A stretch of DNA of 63,436 nt, filler included, from Rhabdomonas costata (taxonomy: Eukaryota), in assembly GCA_019059605.1 (NCBI GenBank). It is 44 parts of 44 records of this genome, joined end to end, with 100 filler letters (N's around TTAATTAATTAA, not from the genome) between each part and the next. Parts side by side here need not be neighbours in the genome. Positions count along the whole stretch, not along the records: positions 52,000 to 53,342 come from JAHMHO010018748.1; positions 53,443 to 54,785 come from JAHMHO010018749.1; positions 54,886 to 56,229 come from JAHMHO010018750.1; positions 56,330 to 57,673 come from JAHMHO010018751.1; positions 57,774 to 59,115 come from JAHMHO010018752.1; positions 59,216 to 60,557 come from JAHMHO010018753.1; positions 60,658 to 61,993 come from JAHMHO010018754.1; positions 62,094 to 63,436 come from JAHMHO010018755.1; 36 more parts are not named here. One strand, given 5' to 3'. The position numbers and the translations under genes were made by a program. This document shows positions 52,047 through 63,436 of this stretch, one piece after another; position 1 is the first letter of the stretch; each line of letters begins with the position of its first letter. The notes beneath the pieces were generated by a model. It ran no database searches and was not told the DNA's origin. It worked only from the letters and a program-made list of their open reading frames with translations.

Positions 52047-53214
52047 CTTCACGGGCAGCTTGTACTTCGCCACGGAGTACAGCTCATTGCAGGTCATGTT
52101 GAAGCTTCCGTCGCCATCAATGCAAATAACCAGAGCCTTGGGGTTCGCAAATTGCGCCCCAATGGCGAAGGGCAGCCCCACACCCATCGTCCCCAGGGAG
52201 CCTAACAAGTCCCCCCCGCTAGAACTAACACACACTCGTCCATGGTGTACGCTGGCTGTCAGCAAGCAGAGCGGTGGAATTTGACGACAGGTTTTGGCAA
52301 CACTAACACATAAATACGCGGCACCACGATGACATGACACGACCTTAGGACCAGAAACATGAAGCATGCCAATACTGGGAAGACAACAGCACAGCAGAAC
52401 AGCTCTCGTACTCAGCTGCAATGCGCATGTGGGTTGGGCGTGGTTGGCTCTTACATCATTGAAATATTGACAGTGATTTAAACGAGTCGGAAGTGGGGGG
52501 TGTCAGGAAGAGCCTTGGACGTGCATCAGACACCTGAGGAGAGGATCTGCCTAGGCTTCGTCCAGCGGTAGAACTGGCAGGACATCATCTGGTGGTTCCC
52601 TGATATCACACGACAGAGGGATGCCCACATAGCCACAGCCCCACCGGGGGTCAGCCATCCCTCGGCAAACAAACCTGAGTTCCCGGAGTTCTCCAGAGCA
52701 TAAGGCAAAGCCCCCTGTGGCACCAGACGTTCTCAGAGTGGATATAAACAACAACCAGGACATCTCTCACCACGATGGAGAAGCCACCACTGAGTGAGCT
52801 GTTTCCCAATTCATGCCCTGACGCAACAAACACATACACATACCCACTCCAGTGGAGATGAACTTGTCCTGGACCTCGTGGGTGGCCTTGTAGATCTCAT
52901 AGATCACCTGCTGAGTCTTAATCAGCCCGTTGTCCGTCCTCTGTGAGCAGACAAGCGGTTCCACACAACTGGGCCTCCGTTAAAGGGTATCACTGCTGGA
53001 AGGCGGAGGAGTGGGAACTGCAGGAAAACCACAACACAAGACGAGGGGTGTGGAAGGGTCTGAGAGGGCGTGCCTGGAACTTGAAGGGAACCTCGTCCCT
53101 CCATTGCTCGATCTGGGCCAGCCAATCCGCGCGGGCCTGGAACTTCAGCAGCGGGAGCAAGTCCTTCATCGCGTACTTGCAGTCTCCCAGAATGGACATC
53201 GTCGGGGCGACGGC
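52047..53214 (-). CDS. Acetolactate synthase (AHAS) catalytic subunit, four exons
   Basis: Exons 53214-53074, 52940-52844, 52599-52534 and 52201-52047: ..[52 protein letters not shown] (TPP-binding motif). Confidence 0.96.
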
Positions 53215-53471
53215 CTTTTAGAAAGTCAGGAAAAACCCGTCTCCTCGTCATAGGGAAAACCACATGGACACACAAACCACGGCAGAGCAAGACACCCTCA
53301 CTGGGCGATAAGGGTACAGGCAAGGAGGATGGGGCAGGAAAANNNNNNNNNNNNNNNNNNNNNNNNNNNNNNNNNNNNNNNNNNNNTTAATTAATTAANN
53401 NNNNNNNNNNNNNNNNNNNNNNNNNNNNNNNNNNNNNNNNNNGTGTTGGTGTGTTTGGGTGGGTTGTTCAG

Positions 53472-54785
53472 AGCAACTTGTCGTCTTCCCTGCCATGCCC
53501 TGCGGTCCACGGAGGGCTCCTGCAGTGCAACCTCTCCTCTGTGCAGTTTTACCACAATTCAGACACCACATTATGGTTCTTTTTTACCCCACGGCTATCC
53601 TTGGCAAGGACACTGAACGTCACGCTGTACTTCATGGCGACCTACTTTCAGACGGCAATTGGCGTGCCCCCGATCAGTGTCCTGGGGGTCTTCAGTGCTG
53701 TTCAGAACAATCCTGCCGTGGCGCTTTCCGGGAATTGGGTCAGCTTGAACTACACCTTGACCCCCAGCGCAGCCACGGGAGGGTACTGGTTATCCGCTAG
53801 TGTCGCCGCCACGGCCGTCAGCCCGGGACTTGTCCGGTGGTCTTGGAACGGCAGCGTGAGCTCCTCGCAGCCTTGCTTACTCAACGCTCCTGTGGCTTCC
53901 TATGTGTGCATCATTCCGCTGCAGTCGGTTCTCCAGGCCCTGCAGAATCTGACGGTCACTGTTCATGCTGTCCCGGCGAACGCCACTGTGGGGCAGTGGG
54001 GCGCGAACCTCACGTTCTCGATGGTCAACAGCTCGGGAGCCCCCCACCCGTTCTGGAAGCCGATCCCGTTTACCCCTAATGTCACCGTCCTGGGCATCCT
54101 GAACCTGGTCACTCCCACCGACTTGGTTCTTGCTTTGGAGTACAACCCCGTTGTCCTCAACTACACCGTCACTCCCTCAGCGGATGGATGGATGGTCATT
54201 CAGGTTCCTGCTGCCATCATTGACTCCAGGGGGCTTCCCGGGCTCCAGGCTCTCCTACTTTACTCCATGGTGAACAGCCTGGGGCAGCTGGTCTCTGTAT
54301 CCTCCGTCTGCCAAGCGGTCCCCAACGCCACCTACGTGCAGTGTGAGGCGCCTTTCAAAACCCTGGTGCCTCTGAACTTTGCCCTGAAGTTCACCCCAAA
54401 TGTCACCGCTCTCCAGACGATGGTTGTGTTTCAGGGTGCCGGGTTTGCCTCCAGCCAGCACGTCTTCACCCTGGACACCCGCAGCCGGCCTCAGTGGCAG
54501 GCCTTTCCGGACGTCGTGCATGCCCTGCAGTACACGGTGATCCAGTTCAATGGCTCCACCCTGAACAGCACCACGGACACCATCAGCATCATTCCCGCTG
54601 GAGCCTCTTGCTCCGATAACCTCACCAGTCCTGTCAGCGAGCCCTTCATTGGCCTAGCCGGGGTCCCTGCCTTCGGGGGCTCGGTGGCGCAGGCAGGCTA
54701 CTTCTGGGTGTGCTACAAGATCCAGCGCTTCCCGGTGGTCGCCGCGCTGGGCGGGCTGCTGTACGTCAGCCCTGCAGACCCGCTT
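53472..54785 (+). CDS. Large extracellular or surface glycoprotein fragment (single exon over 1.3 kb)
   Basis: Stop-free frame across the whole contig, rich in S/T/V/N and poor in charged residues, with many NxS/T sequons and ending YFWVCYK. Confidence 0.85.
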
Positions 54786-55778
54786 NNNNNNNNNNNNNNN
54801 NNNNNNNNNNNNNNNNNNNNNNNNNNNNNTTAATTAATTAANNNNNNNNNNNNNNNNNNNNNNNNNNNNNNNNNNNNNNNNNNNNAGTTCAGCTCTAAGC
54901 TGTCTTTCAGTCAATGCAAATGCTGTTCTGTACAAAGACACAGAGCCGGTAAAGCCCGCTCTGAGCTCAACATTCCCTTACGGAATCTCTTTCAAAACCA
55001 CTTAGCTGTCGCAAAACAACTTCTCTTGCAAACTTGACACCTAACTGTCTTGAGCCGTTACGGGAAGCCACGGTCTAGGTGCCATTCACCCAAGTAAGTC
55101 GCGCTTATCTTGTGCAAGCAAGGTCGTGATACAGTTTCGCGCCAACAGGAAACCGTGGCATTACCACCTCCAGAGGTAGAAGCCACGTAAGTGCTTCAGT
55201 GAAACCTATGAGCACCTATTAGTTTTGGGACGGTTCGGGGTTATGAGCCGCTACGAATTTTAATGGCGAAATACGTTGAAAAGCAGTGCGGCGGACGCAA
55301 ATGAGGACAAACAACAGAAATGAGAGTTTGTCTCATACAACGCGCGTAGCTGCATATTTATTCCACCTAATGGTACTACCAAAAATGACTCGAGTTACAC
55401 GCCTTTCCACAAACCGGGGGTAGCAAACAAACGCAAAGATAACGGAAACTAAAAGCAGCAGCTACAGTAGTCACAGAAGCACGACAGTCAACAGTAAAAC
55501 CTTTTCCAACAGGCTCAACAAGCGGTGGGGAGCGTTTTAGCGCCAGTAGGAATGGATGGAAGGGACTCCAGTCTTCCCACAACCGACGCACATGAACTGA
55601 ACCATGCGCTCAGGAATGGGAGGATGCAGAAAACACTGCAGCAAGAATTCCCGTTCTATTCCCTTATCGCAAATACAGGTGCATCCACAAAGAAACAAAA
55701 ATGCACACAAACCACAAGAGGACCCGCACAAGCTTTGGAAATGCTCATGCATTCCCCCAAGCAGTGGCCTTACATCCC

Positions 55779-56037
55779 TCACTGGATGCTGTAGTGCAGG
55801 GGGGCAGCCGCAGGGGCGGCGTCCATGTAGGCCATGGGTGCGGCGCCCGCAGCGCAGGGGTCGCAGGGCAGCGCACACGTGAGCTCCAGGAAGAAGCAAG
55901 CCGGTGCGGGCGTGCACACAGGCAGGGGCGCGCAGACGGGATCCTTCTGCAGGCAGCACCACACGAAGATCCCCAGGATCAGCGCCACGGGGATCACCAG
56001 CAGGGTCAGCAGGGCAAACAGCGCGTGGTTGCTGCTC
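55779..56037 (-). CDS. Terminal exon of a single-pass membrane protein
   Basis: tag|..HALFALLTLLVIPVALILGIFVWCCLQK..YSIQ*. Transmembrane helix followed by a Cys/Pro-rich tail. Confidence 0.7.
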
Positions 56038-56439
56038 CTATGCAGGCAAGCTCTCACCTGCCTCATCCCAATCACAAGAGGTAAGAACAAAGGCTGCGGG
56101 GGCAGTGGATCTGGGAGATTTTCCAAGAAAACTTCCCCCACTTGCTCCGCTTTCTGGAAAGGAAGTACAAACAACGGCACCCAACCACTCACGTTCACAT
56201 CTCGAATGCTCACAGGTTGGGTTCTCTCANNNNNNNNNNNNNNNNNNNNNNNNNNNNNNNNNNNNNNNNNNNNTTAATTAATTAANNNNNNNNNNNNNNN
56301 NNNNNNNNNNNNNNNNNNNNNNNNNNNNNGTTGTGTTGTTGGCAACTGTTTCCTTTGCTTATGTGCGATTGTCATTAATAGCACGTCTCGGTTACCCCCG
56401 AGTACTTGCAGGAAACCTCTTGTACCTCTTTAGTGATGT

Positions 56440-56750
56440 TGTTGTTGTAAAAGATTGGAATGGTGTGGAGTGATTTTCTCTGGACATGGCTGAACTTGAA
56501 CTTGTTCTGCCGACGAATCTCCTCGAAACCAGCTGGACATGTTGCCCCAACAAACCTTGCTTGGATACTGCGACTTTTCCATTGGCCGAATCCGAAAAAT
56601 TGTAAAAACTGGACATGGCCGATTGAAAACGTAAGAAGAATTGTGATGCAGAAGTGGGTGAAGCCGAGGCAGGACTGGGGTCTTCTGAATATTCAGCAGG
56701 CCTCCCGAAAGCACTGTGTTAGAAGGAAAAACTCTATTAAAAAATGTTAA
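56440..56750 (+). mobile_element. Tc1/mariner (IS630-like) transposase C-terminal relic
   Basis: PAGHVAPTNLAWILRLFHWPNP..PIENVRRIV matches DNAPxH..WPxxSPDLNPIENxW. Confidence 0.6.
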
Positions 56751-58205
56751 GAAAAGTTCACTTGGGGGATGCGTCACGATTCCATTGGTACACAAGGCCA
56801 CCATTTTAAAATTGTCAAAAAAAAACTTCTAACAAGAGGTCAATGCCGTGCCAAAACACGAGCACCTTTTTCAAGCGATTGGCTTTTGATGTACGGTGGG
56901 TTGAAGTGCGCCACAATTGGCACTTGATTGCTCGTTGACGATGGGCCGCTTGAATTAAGCTGTGATGCGGTATTATGTGAACTGTAGATCTTTACAGGTT
57001 CTGTTCGAATCCAAATTTCCCCCCGCAAAATTCCCTAAAATGGTCAGATTTTGGAATAAAAATTTGGCCGCCCTGCCGAGTCCCTCCTTCACGACGTTCG
57101 TGTCGTTATAGGAGGCAAGTGGTCTCATCTTTGCGTTCCTGCTTACTATAATTTCCTGTTATTCCTGTTTTTCCTGCGTCCCCCTCCCCCCCAATCGCTC
57201 TTTCCCACAGGGGTTTCATTCTGCTCTTGCCGAGTTTTTGGCAGGTAACCCCACCTTCACAGCGGTGACGAAGCGGGGTGTGGGCACAACTGTGTGGGCG
57301 GCGATGTGAGATGGGTCACTGAGAACCGTCGGGCATGGCAGTGCCTGCTCCGCTGTGAGTGAGGAGCGGCTGTGAGTGTGTTCCAGTTTTTTACGAACAT
57401 GAGACCAGGCTTGGGCTCCAATCTCAGCCGCCGGTGGCGAAGGGGAAGCCTGAAGGCCGTGGGAATGGGCGTGCCTGCCGCTAAGCACCGAGAAGGTCGC
57501 CCTCCCTCCGACGACACACACACACACACACATGACGACACACACACATGGGGCAGAAGGGAGGTCACCAGAGGTGGAACGTTCGGCGGTGAGGTGCTGG
57601 CACGGCGACGCCTGCAGATACCGGTGCTGCCCGTTCACCCATCCGAAAGAAAAGGTCCAAGGGGCGTTCCCGCNNNNNNNNNNNNNNNNNNNNNNNNNNN
57701 NNNNNNNNNNNNNNNNNTTAATTAATTAANNNNNNNNNNNNNNNNNNNNNNNNNNNNNNNNNNNNNNNNNNNNGTGGTGTGTGGTGTGCAGACGGGTGAC
57801 CTATTTTATATCCACTGATCCGGGTGGTTGATTATGAAATATTCGAGTTCGACCCCTGACCGACACCCATACCCTCAACGGCTTTCACCTGAGTAATATT
57901 GAATTTTGAAACAGTGCCCTAGTAAAGCAGGACACTTCCCCGCATACGTTATGACGCAGTTAGAGAATAAAGGGCCCAAAAAGGAAAGAAAAAGGAAGAA
58001 GAAAGAGCGCTTCTCTCGAAACGGACATATTCAAGCGATACATTTCATTACCTTAAGCTTTTTTTGTGGTGGCAGAGAAGCGATGGACTGACGGGTAGGG
58101 GCGGGTGTTCGGGTTTCCCTTTCTTGTAAAGGTTCTTGCCTTTTAATTCTGCATTTCTCAGATGGATGTGCCCGCAGACATGTGCCCTTTGCACCCCCCG
58201 TTTAG

Positions 58206-58972
58206 GTGCCGCAACGAGGCTGCGGTGAAGCCACTGGTGGCCCGTGTTGGGTCCGCGGCAGTGGGACTCTCTCCGATTGTCCCAGCCATCCTCAATGGAA
58301 ACGAAGAAGTGCTTGCCACCCTCCTCCTCCCTCGGCAAGCAATGGAAACACATTTGCGCTTTTGCACGTGCTTGCTCACTGCGGGGTTGTGGGTTTGTGC
58401 GCCTTTGTGACCTGTTCTTGGTCACCTGAGCCGTGGTTTTGAGACAGGGGAACGTATTTGCAAAGGAGGCGGTATGCGATGCCTGAAAAGGTGCGCGGAC
58501 ATTTCGTATCGAATCCTGAAATGAGCGTGCGCTTTGGCCTTGTCACCTAATATTTTATCAAAGATTTCCACACCCCGCAAACACTCTTTTGTTGTGGTAA
58601 CCATCTGTTAGATTAGCGTTAGAAGAACAAGATATGATCTTTTATAAGTTTTTTTTTGAGATTGTGCCATACAGACTCTTGTCTGGGCTGCTCTCCTCGG
58701 GCGTTTCTCCACTGCAGGTCATCCGCAAGCTGGTCGAGCTGCGAGCGGACGTCAACGAGGCGTTCCCGCTGCACCGCGCCTCCGTGGGAAGCGCCTTGGG
58801 CGCCCAGGGCTCCTCGCCCTTCGCTGTGACCACGACAGGGCCAGCAGGGAGCCTCCTGCGGCGTTTTCAGCTTCCCGCCCGCCCAGCAGACTTCCGGCAC
58901 TACGGCAGGGCCCACGTGGTCACTCAGGTCACCCCGCTGTTCCTCGCTTGCCTGGACGGCGCCGAGGCTTTG
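58206..58972 (+). CDS. Ankyrin-repeat protein, two exons
   Basis: Exons 58206-58308 (SPIVPAILNGNEE) and 58718-58972 (VIRKLVELRADVN..TPLFLACLDG). Confidence 0.8.
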
Positions 58973-59402
58973 GTATGTTTGTGAGTGTGTGAGAACGGAA
59001 GGGCCTTCCATAGAGAGAACGGAGGAGGGGTGAGGCCTCATGAAGCGTGAGCCCGTGAACCGCAGACACTCTTTCATGGTTGAGTAGTCTCATTTTCAGC
59101 AACTTTTTTCTGATCNNNNNNNNNNNNNNNNNNNNNNNNNNNNNNNNNNNNNNNNNNNNTTAATTAATTAANNNNNNNNNNNNNNNNNNNNNNNNNNNNN
59201 NNNNNNNNNNNNNNNGGATAGTGAAGAAAGACAACTGTGACCTCAACCCAATCCAACCAACCCCAGTGAAATACGGGGCTAGTAGTAGCTTCAGGTTGCG
59301 GGACATAACTTGCCTCAGCGCACAAGATTGACCGGAGTGCCATTCAGTAGCGAAAGTTGAAGATGGTAAGGGGGGGCTGAGATAGATCGTTCACACACAA
59401 AC

Positions 59403-59661
59403 CTGAGTCTGGCCTGACAGGGAGGGAGGCCACGAGCTTGGGGTGGGCCGTGGGCAGCACCAGGGTCTCCCACAGCACCTCCACCGCCTCCGCCATTCCC
59501 CCCAGGTCCCCCAGGGTGAGCGCAGAACGGTGCAGCCGCACCCCTTCCCGGGACAGCGGGGTGAACCCCCGCACCACGGCAGCCACAGAGCTCAGCGAGA
59601 GCGGCGGCGGAGGGGCCACCGCGGAGGGGTCCTCTGGCGTCTCATCACAAGCGAGCTGAGC
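59403..59661 (-). CDS. PEX1: Peroxisome biogenesis AAA ATPase PEX1, exon just before the D2 Walker A
   Basis: GFTPLSREGVRLHRSALTLGDLGGMAEAVEVLWETLVLPTAHPKLVASLPVRPDSG|gt matches the PEX1 D1-D2 linker pattern FTPxSLxGVxL..DxGG..ETL..P..P.R..SG. Confidence 0.82.
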
Positions 59662-61280
59662 CTAGGGCCCGCCCAAAGAGGGTCCATAATAGCTGGGCTC
59701 CGGTTCGTCTCTGCTTGCCGAATTCGCGACTCTTTGTCAAGCGGGGTGATGTCACGGCATTCTCTTCAACAACAGTCTAATGCCAGAGAGACACCTGAGC
59801 TCAACAGAATGGTCGGCTTCATTCGGTGAATGGGGCCATCTCTGCAGGCCTGCAGTCCTCCAAGGCACGAGGGCCTTGTCCAGATCGCGCCTCGCATCTA
59901 ATGGAAGAATTACACCTTTCACTTTCTGATAACTGGCTGCAGTTGTGTGTGACCGTGGCATTTTGGTTTCCATTCTCCATGTCACCACTCGCCACCATGG
60001 CTCGCAGGGTGCTCATCTTCCAAGGGGAGTGGTGGTGTTCGTGAGGGGTGGAGTTGCACGAGCAACCGGTGGACACTTATTCACAGGTATTCACAGGTAG
60101 GTGATGCGGATGGTGGAGTGCACTTGAATCCGACAGAACGTCCACCCTACCCGCACGCATGCACACCTGGGCCTGGGCCTGAGCCTGGGCGTGGTTGCTC
60201 AGACGAGCCAGCAGCGCTGCGAGGTCGCCCGGGCTAAAGTTGTGGGTTTCCTCTGCGCAGGTGCGTCAGACAGGAGGTCTTTCGAGAGGGAGGGATGCGT
60301 GAGGAAGGGGAAGACCATCGGGACAAGGATACGGAATAACAAATGAAAGCAATGGCAGACGGCAGGGCGGGAATTGGGAACATCATCCACAAGCGGGCCA
60401 GCGAGAGGACACTTTCCACTCGACCCACCTCCGCCCCTATCCCCGCGCCCCCCGATAGCCCAAGGTATCACATTACCACTGGTTATCACTGCACCCTCAC
60501 CGCAAGGCGCCTTGTAGCGCACACCGCGAGACTGACAGCCAAGAAGACCACCCAACCNNNNNNNNNNNNNNNNNNNNNNNNNNNNNNNNNNNNNNNNNNN
60601 NTTAATTAATTAANNNNNNNNNNNNNNNNNNNNNNNNNNNNNNNNNNNNNNNNNNNNGGGGTTTGTGGTTCCTTTACCTTCGATGTTTTGGTGTCAAAAC
60701 GTTTCCCTCAAAGAGAAAGTTGGAGGAGCTGCTGTCCGCATCTGAGATTCTGAGGCGGAAGCGTGAAGAAAGAAAACCAGTGTCGGGCTGCAAACGGAAA
60801 ATTATGCATGGAGGAAGAAATTTCCTTCCTTTCAAGCCGAGTACACGGCAAACAGAAGAACCGGTACTTCATGTACGGTAATGGGTACCGCGAATGGAAC
60901 CACAGCATGGAAGAGACTGTTCCCAGCACCCGCAAAACCCAAAAGTCGATGGTAGTGGAAATGGGCAAACCGGCCACCCAGAGCAGGATAGGCCGAATGT
61001 TCGGTTGTTGCAAAGGGAAGCAACCCACTTCTGCAACTTGACGTTCACGAACCTTCTTTTTTTTTGGCGCACCTACACTTGCCCTGCAAAGGGATTAAAC
61101 CTGAAGCTAGTTGGCCGCTTGAAAGGTTCTCTCCTGGGTGCATTCCTGGTCCCCAATGGTGGCGCGCGTGGGTGGAGCATCGGTTCCTGTGCGGATGTAG
61201 AACAGGCGAGTGAGGCCCTAACTTTGCGTCAATGGATCGTTAACGCATTGTTGGTATCCATGTCAAAAGGTGAAGCTTAG

Positions 61281-61431
61281 CCCTGTGGGGGTGAACCTGA
61301 TGAACGTGTTCACCCCTTTGCTGATCGCTGGGATGGCCCTGGCGTGCCAGCGGCTCTCCCTGCAGCTCGGGCGTGTTGTGGTCTATTTGGGGTTCCAGTG
61401 GATCGGGTCCTTGCTGCTCGCTGCAATGCAG
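61281..61431 (+). CDS. Membrane transporter exon (MFS-like)
   Basis: tag|PVGVNLMNVFTPLLIAGMALACQRLSLQLGRVVVYLGFQWIGSLLLAAMQ|gt. Two TM segments with an MFS-like LSxxLGR loop. Confidence 0.65.
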
Positions 61432-62400
61432 GTCAGCTCTCCCCTAATGTGTGATTCAAGATTTGCAGTGTTGCTCCGCAAACGGCCGAATATCATCCTT
61501 CGAAATGAGGCTGCCTGTTTGTGCAGTAGAGCTGTTTCGAAGTCCCCTCTTTGGACACCACTGGGACTGGCAACTTCCCTGAGTGTGAGCGGTTGTTCCT
61601 GGAGTAGGGCGTCTGCAGGACAAATGGGCAATCGAATGGTATGAGGTACAGGTGTGCGAGCAAACGATTTGCATGTTAACCTGAATGACAAAATGCTGCT
61701 GGGTTTGTTGTGTTGTACTTTTCTTAAGATTTTTTCTTTTGCTTTGGGGCGAGGCCAGTACTGAACGCCAACATATTAACCAGATACGAAAAAGTCACGA
61801 AATAGTCGTGAGTAGAAAAAGACTTGGACGTTAAGGCGAGGAGAGACAATTAGGAAAGTTTGGATTTTGAAATAGTGAAGGGACACAAGACCAAAGTTCT
61901 CGCAGTAGCAGGAGTCAACACAAACAAGAAAATTAGAAAGAAGAAAGGCAAGAAATACCAGTGTGGATACGAATGTAGCAATGACACAAACCCNNNNNNN
62001 NNNNNNNNNNNNNNNNNNNNNNNNNNNNNNNNNNNNNTTAATTAATTAANNNNNNNNNNNNNNNNNNNNNNNNNNNNNNNNNNNNNNNNNNNNTCTACCC
62101 TTCGTTATTGTTGTGTCGGCAAAACGTAGAGAGCCAAGTAGAATTGGAGAGGCAATCCATATTTTTCCCAAAATAGAATTGAGTTTTTTCCAAAGTTATA
62201 AAAATCAATAAACTATTTTTTGAAAGAATCGATTTTCATGGCCAGTGGTCACAAATATCCACAAGAATTTAAACGAGTGCAGGAAGAAGCGTGCCTTTCG
62301 TGCTCATTTCAGTCGTGCAGTAAGCACCTCCATTCTCTTCTAGAAAGAAGTGGCGTGAGACTGATTGGTCGTCGGTGCACTTCCGCCACCAATGCAATAG

Positions 62401-63287
62401 CGTCACCTCCCGCCGGAGAAGATCTTCGCTGACATGCACGCCGGGATGTGCGCGAAGTGCCGCAAGCTGATGGACTGGAAGCGGAAGTACGGCAAGTGGA
62501 AAGTCTATGGGGTGTGGTTCCGTGTGGGGTGTGGCAGATGCCCTAGAGAGGATTGTTACCACCTCCAGCTGGGTTGAGCTGGGTTCCTGAATATTGCGGT
62601 GGCGAACTGGCGGACTTTTTGTGCTCTTGTTTTCGTGCTCTTTTTTCTATTATGATGTGATGGAATTTTTCGGCGGAAAAACCCGCATTGTGCTGCGAGT
62701 AACAGATACCACACGGCTCAATGGAAGTTGGGAGGGGGGGCACCGGTTTCCAGCGGTAACAGAAAGCTGAAAACTTTTGCTAAATCCAATTAAAATGCTC
62801 AGGTAAAGCATGCCCCCACTCGAAATGACGTCATTTTCTCTAAGGGGAGTTGGGTAAACTTTTCCAGTGCGACTCAGATGATTGTTTCTGCCTAGCAGCT
62901 GCGAACTAATGCTAATTAAGGACTCACCAATGGCTGGGCTGGGATATGGTTGGACAATGGGACAGCGTCAGTGCAGGGGCGAAAGCAAGCGGAGCGGCGG
63001 CCACAGGGTATATTTTGGTTATGCGTGTGTCCCTATGGATAGACTTTTCCCTACTATTCCTGCCAATCGCGTTCCGATCAAAAAAGCCCAAGCACGGTGG
63101 CTTCGGGTGCGACCGATGCGGGCGGCGAACTGTCCTCCACCCCTACGCAGTGCAGTGCAAGGACTGCGTGCTGGCCACGCGGACCTGCGCCAAGTGCTAC
63201 AAACCCGAGACAGAGGTGTGCTCGTCGGACTTCTTGGCTCCCGAGCCGCTCAGTGTCCACTCGAACCTGGTGGTGCCTTATGACTAG
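62401..63287 (+). CDS. C9orf85/DUF2039-like Cys-rich protein, last two exons
   Basis: Exons 62401-62502 (HAGMCAKCRKLMDWKRKYGKWK) and 63087-63287 (PKHGGFGCDRCGRRTVLHPYAVQCKDCVLATRTCAKCYK..*). Confidence 0.8.
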
Positions 63288-63436
63288 CCTGTCGGGGCCT
63301 CTTGTATTTGAAGGGGGGGCGTTAAACGTTTAACCGCTCTAAATGGAGCATCGCCCACCCCATGGAGCGTGCCAGCCCATCCGCCCGCTCCGGCAGCGCC
63401 GGCCTTCGAACCAAAAAACCAAACACACCCCAACAC

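Noticed and set aside
57800..57870. tRNA or tRNA-derived SINE (GAGTTCGACCC, B-box-like)
   Set aside because: No cloverleaf and no convincing A box.

Overview
This window is not contiguous DNA. It is 44 unrelated contigs of about 1.34 kb, each joined by an artificial 100-nt spacer (44 N + TTAATTAATTAA + 44 N), so no gene order can be read across spacers. The source is an intron-rich eukaryote, probably a flagellated protist (euglenozoan-like is an inference only). G/T-only 5' ends, A/C-only 3' ends and fold-back hairpins at seven contig ends point to whole-genome amplification with degenerate primers. Spliced gene fragments I can recognise: ribosomal protein uL1/RPL10a, U1A/U2B''-type snRNP protein, CHD-type SNF2 remodeler, acetolactate synthase, alpha-kinase, polo-box exon, PEX1, FCP1-like phosphatase, class III nucleotide cyclase, cNMP-binding protein, DEDDh exonuclease, C9orf85/DUF2039, and ankyrin, beta-helix, MFS and NO VEIN/sacsin-like proteins. 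Decayed mobile elements include Merlin, Tc1/mariner, a DIRS/Ngaro-like RNase H and LTR gag/protease/integrase relics. The best leads are a structured ~315-bp element inserted in (CA)n microsatellites (two copies), a Polinton- or Maelstrom-like DEDD nuclease pseudogene, and apparent GC donors and A-rich AAG acceptors. No prokaryotic system, CRISPR array or RNA gene is supported. All family calls come from motif recognition by eye, with no database search.
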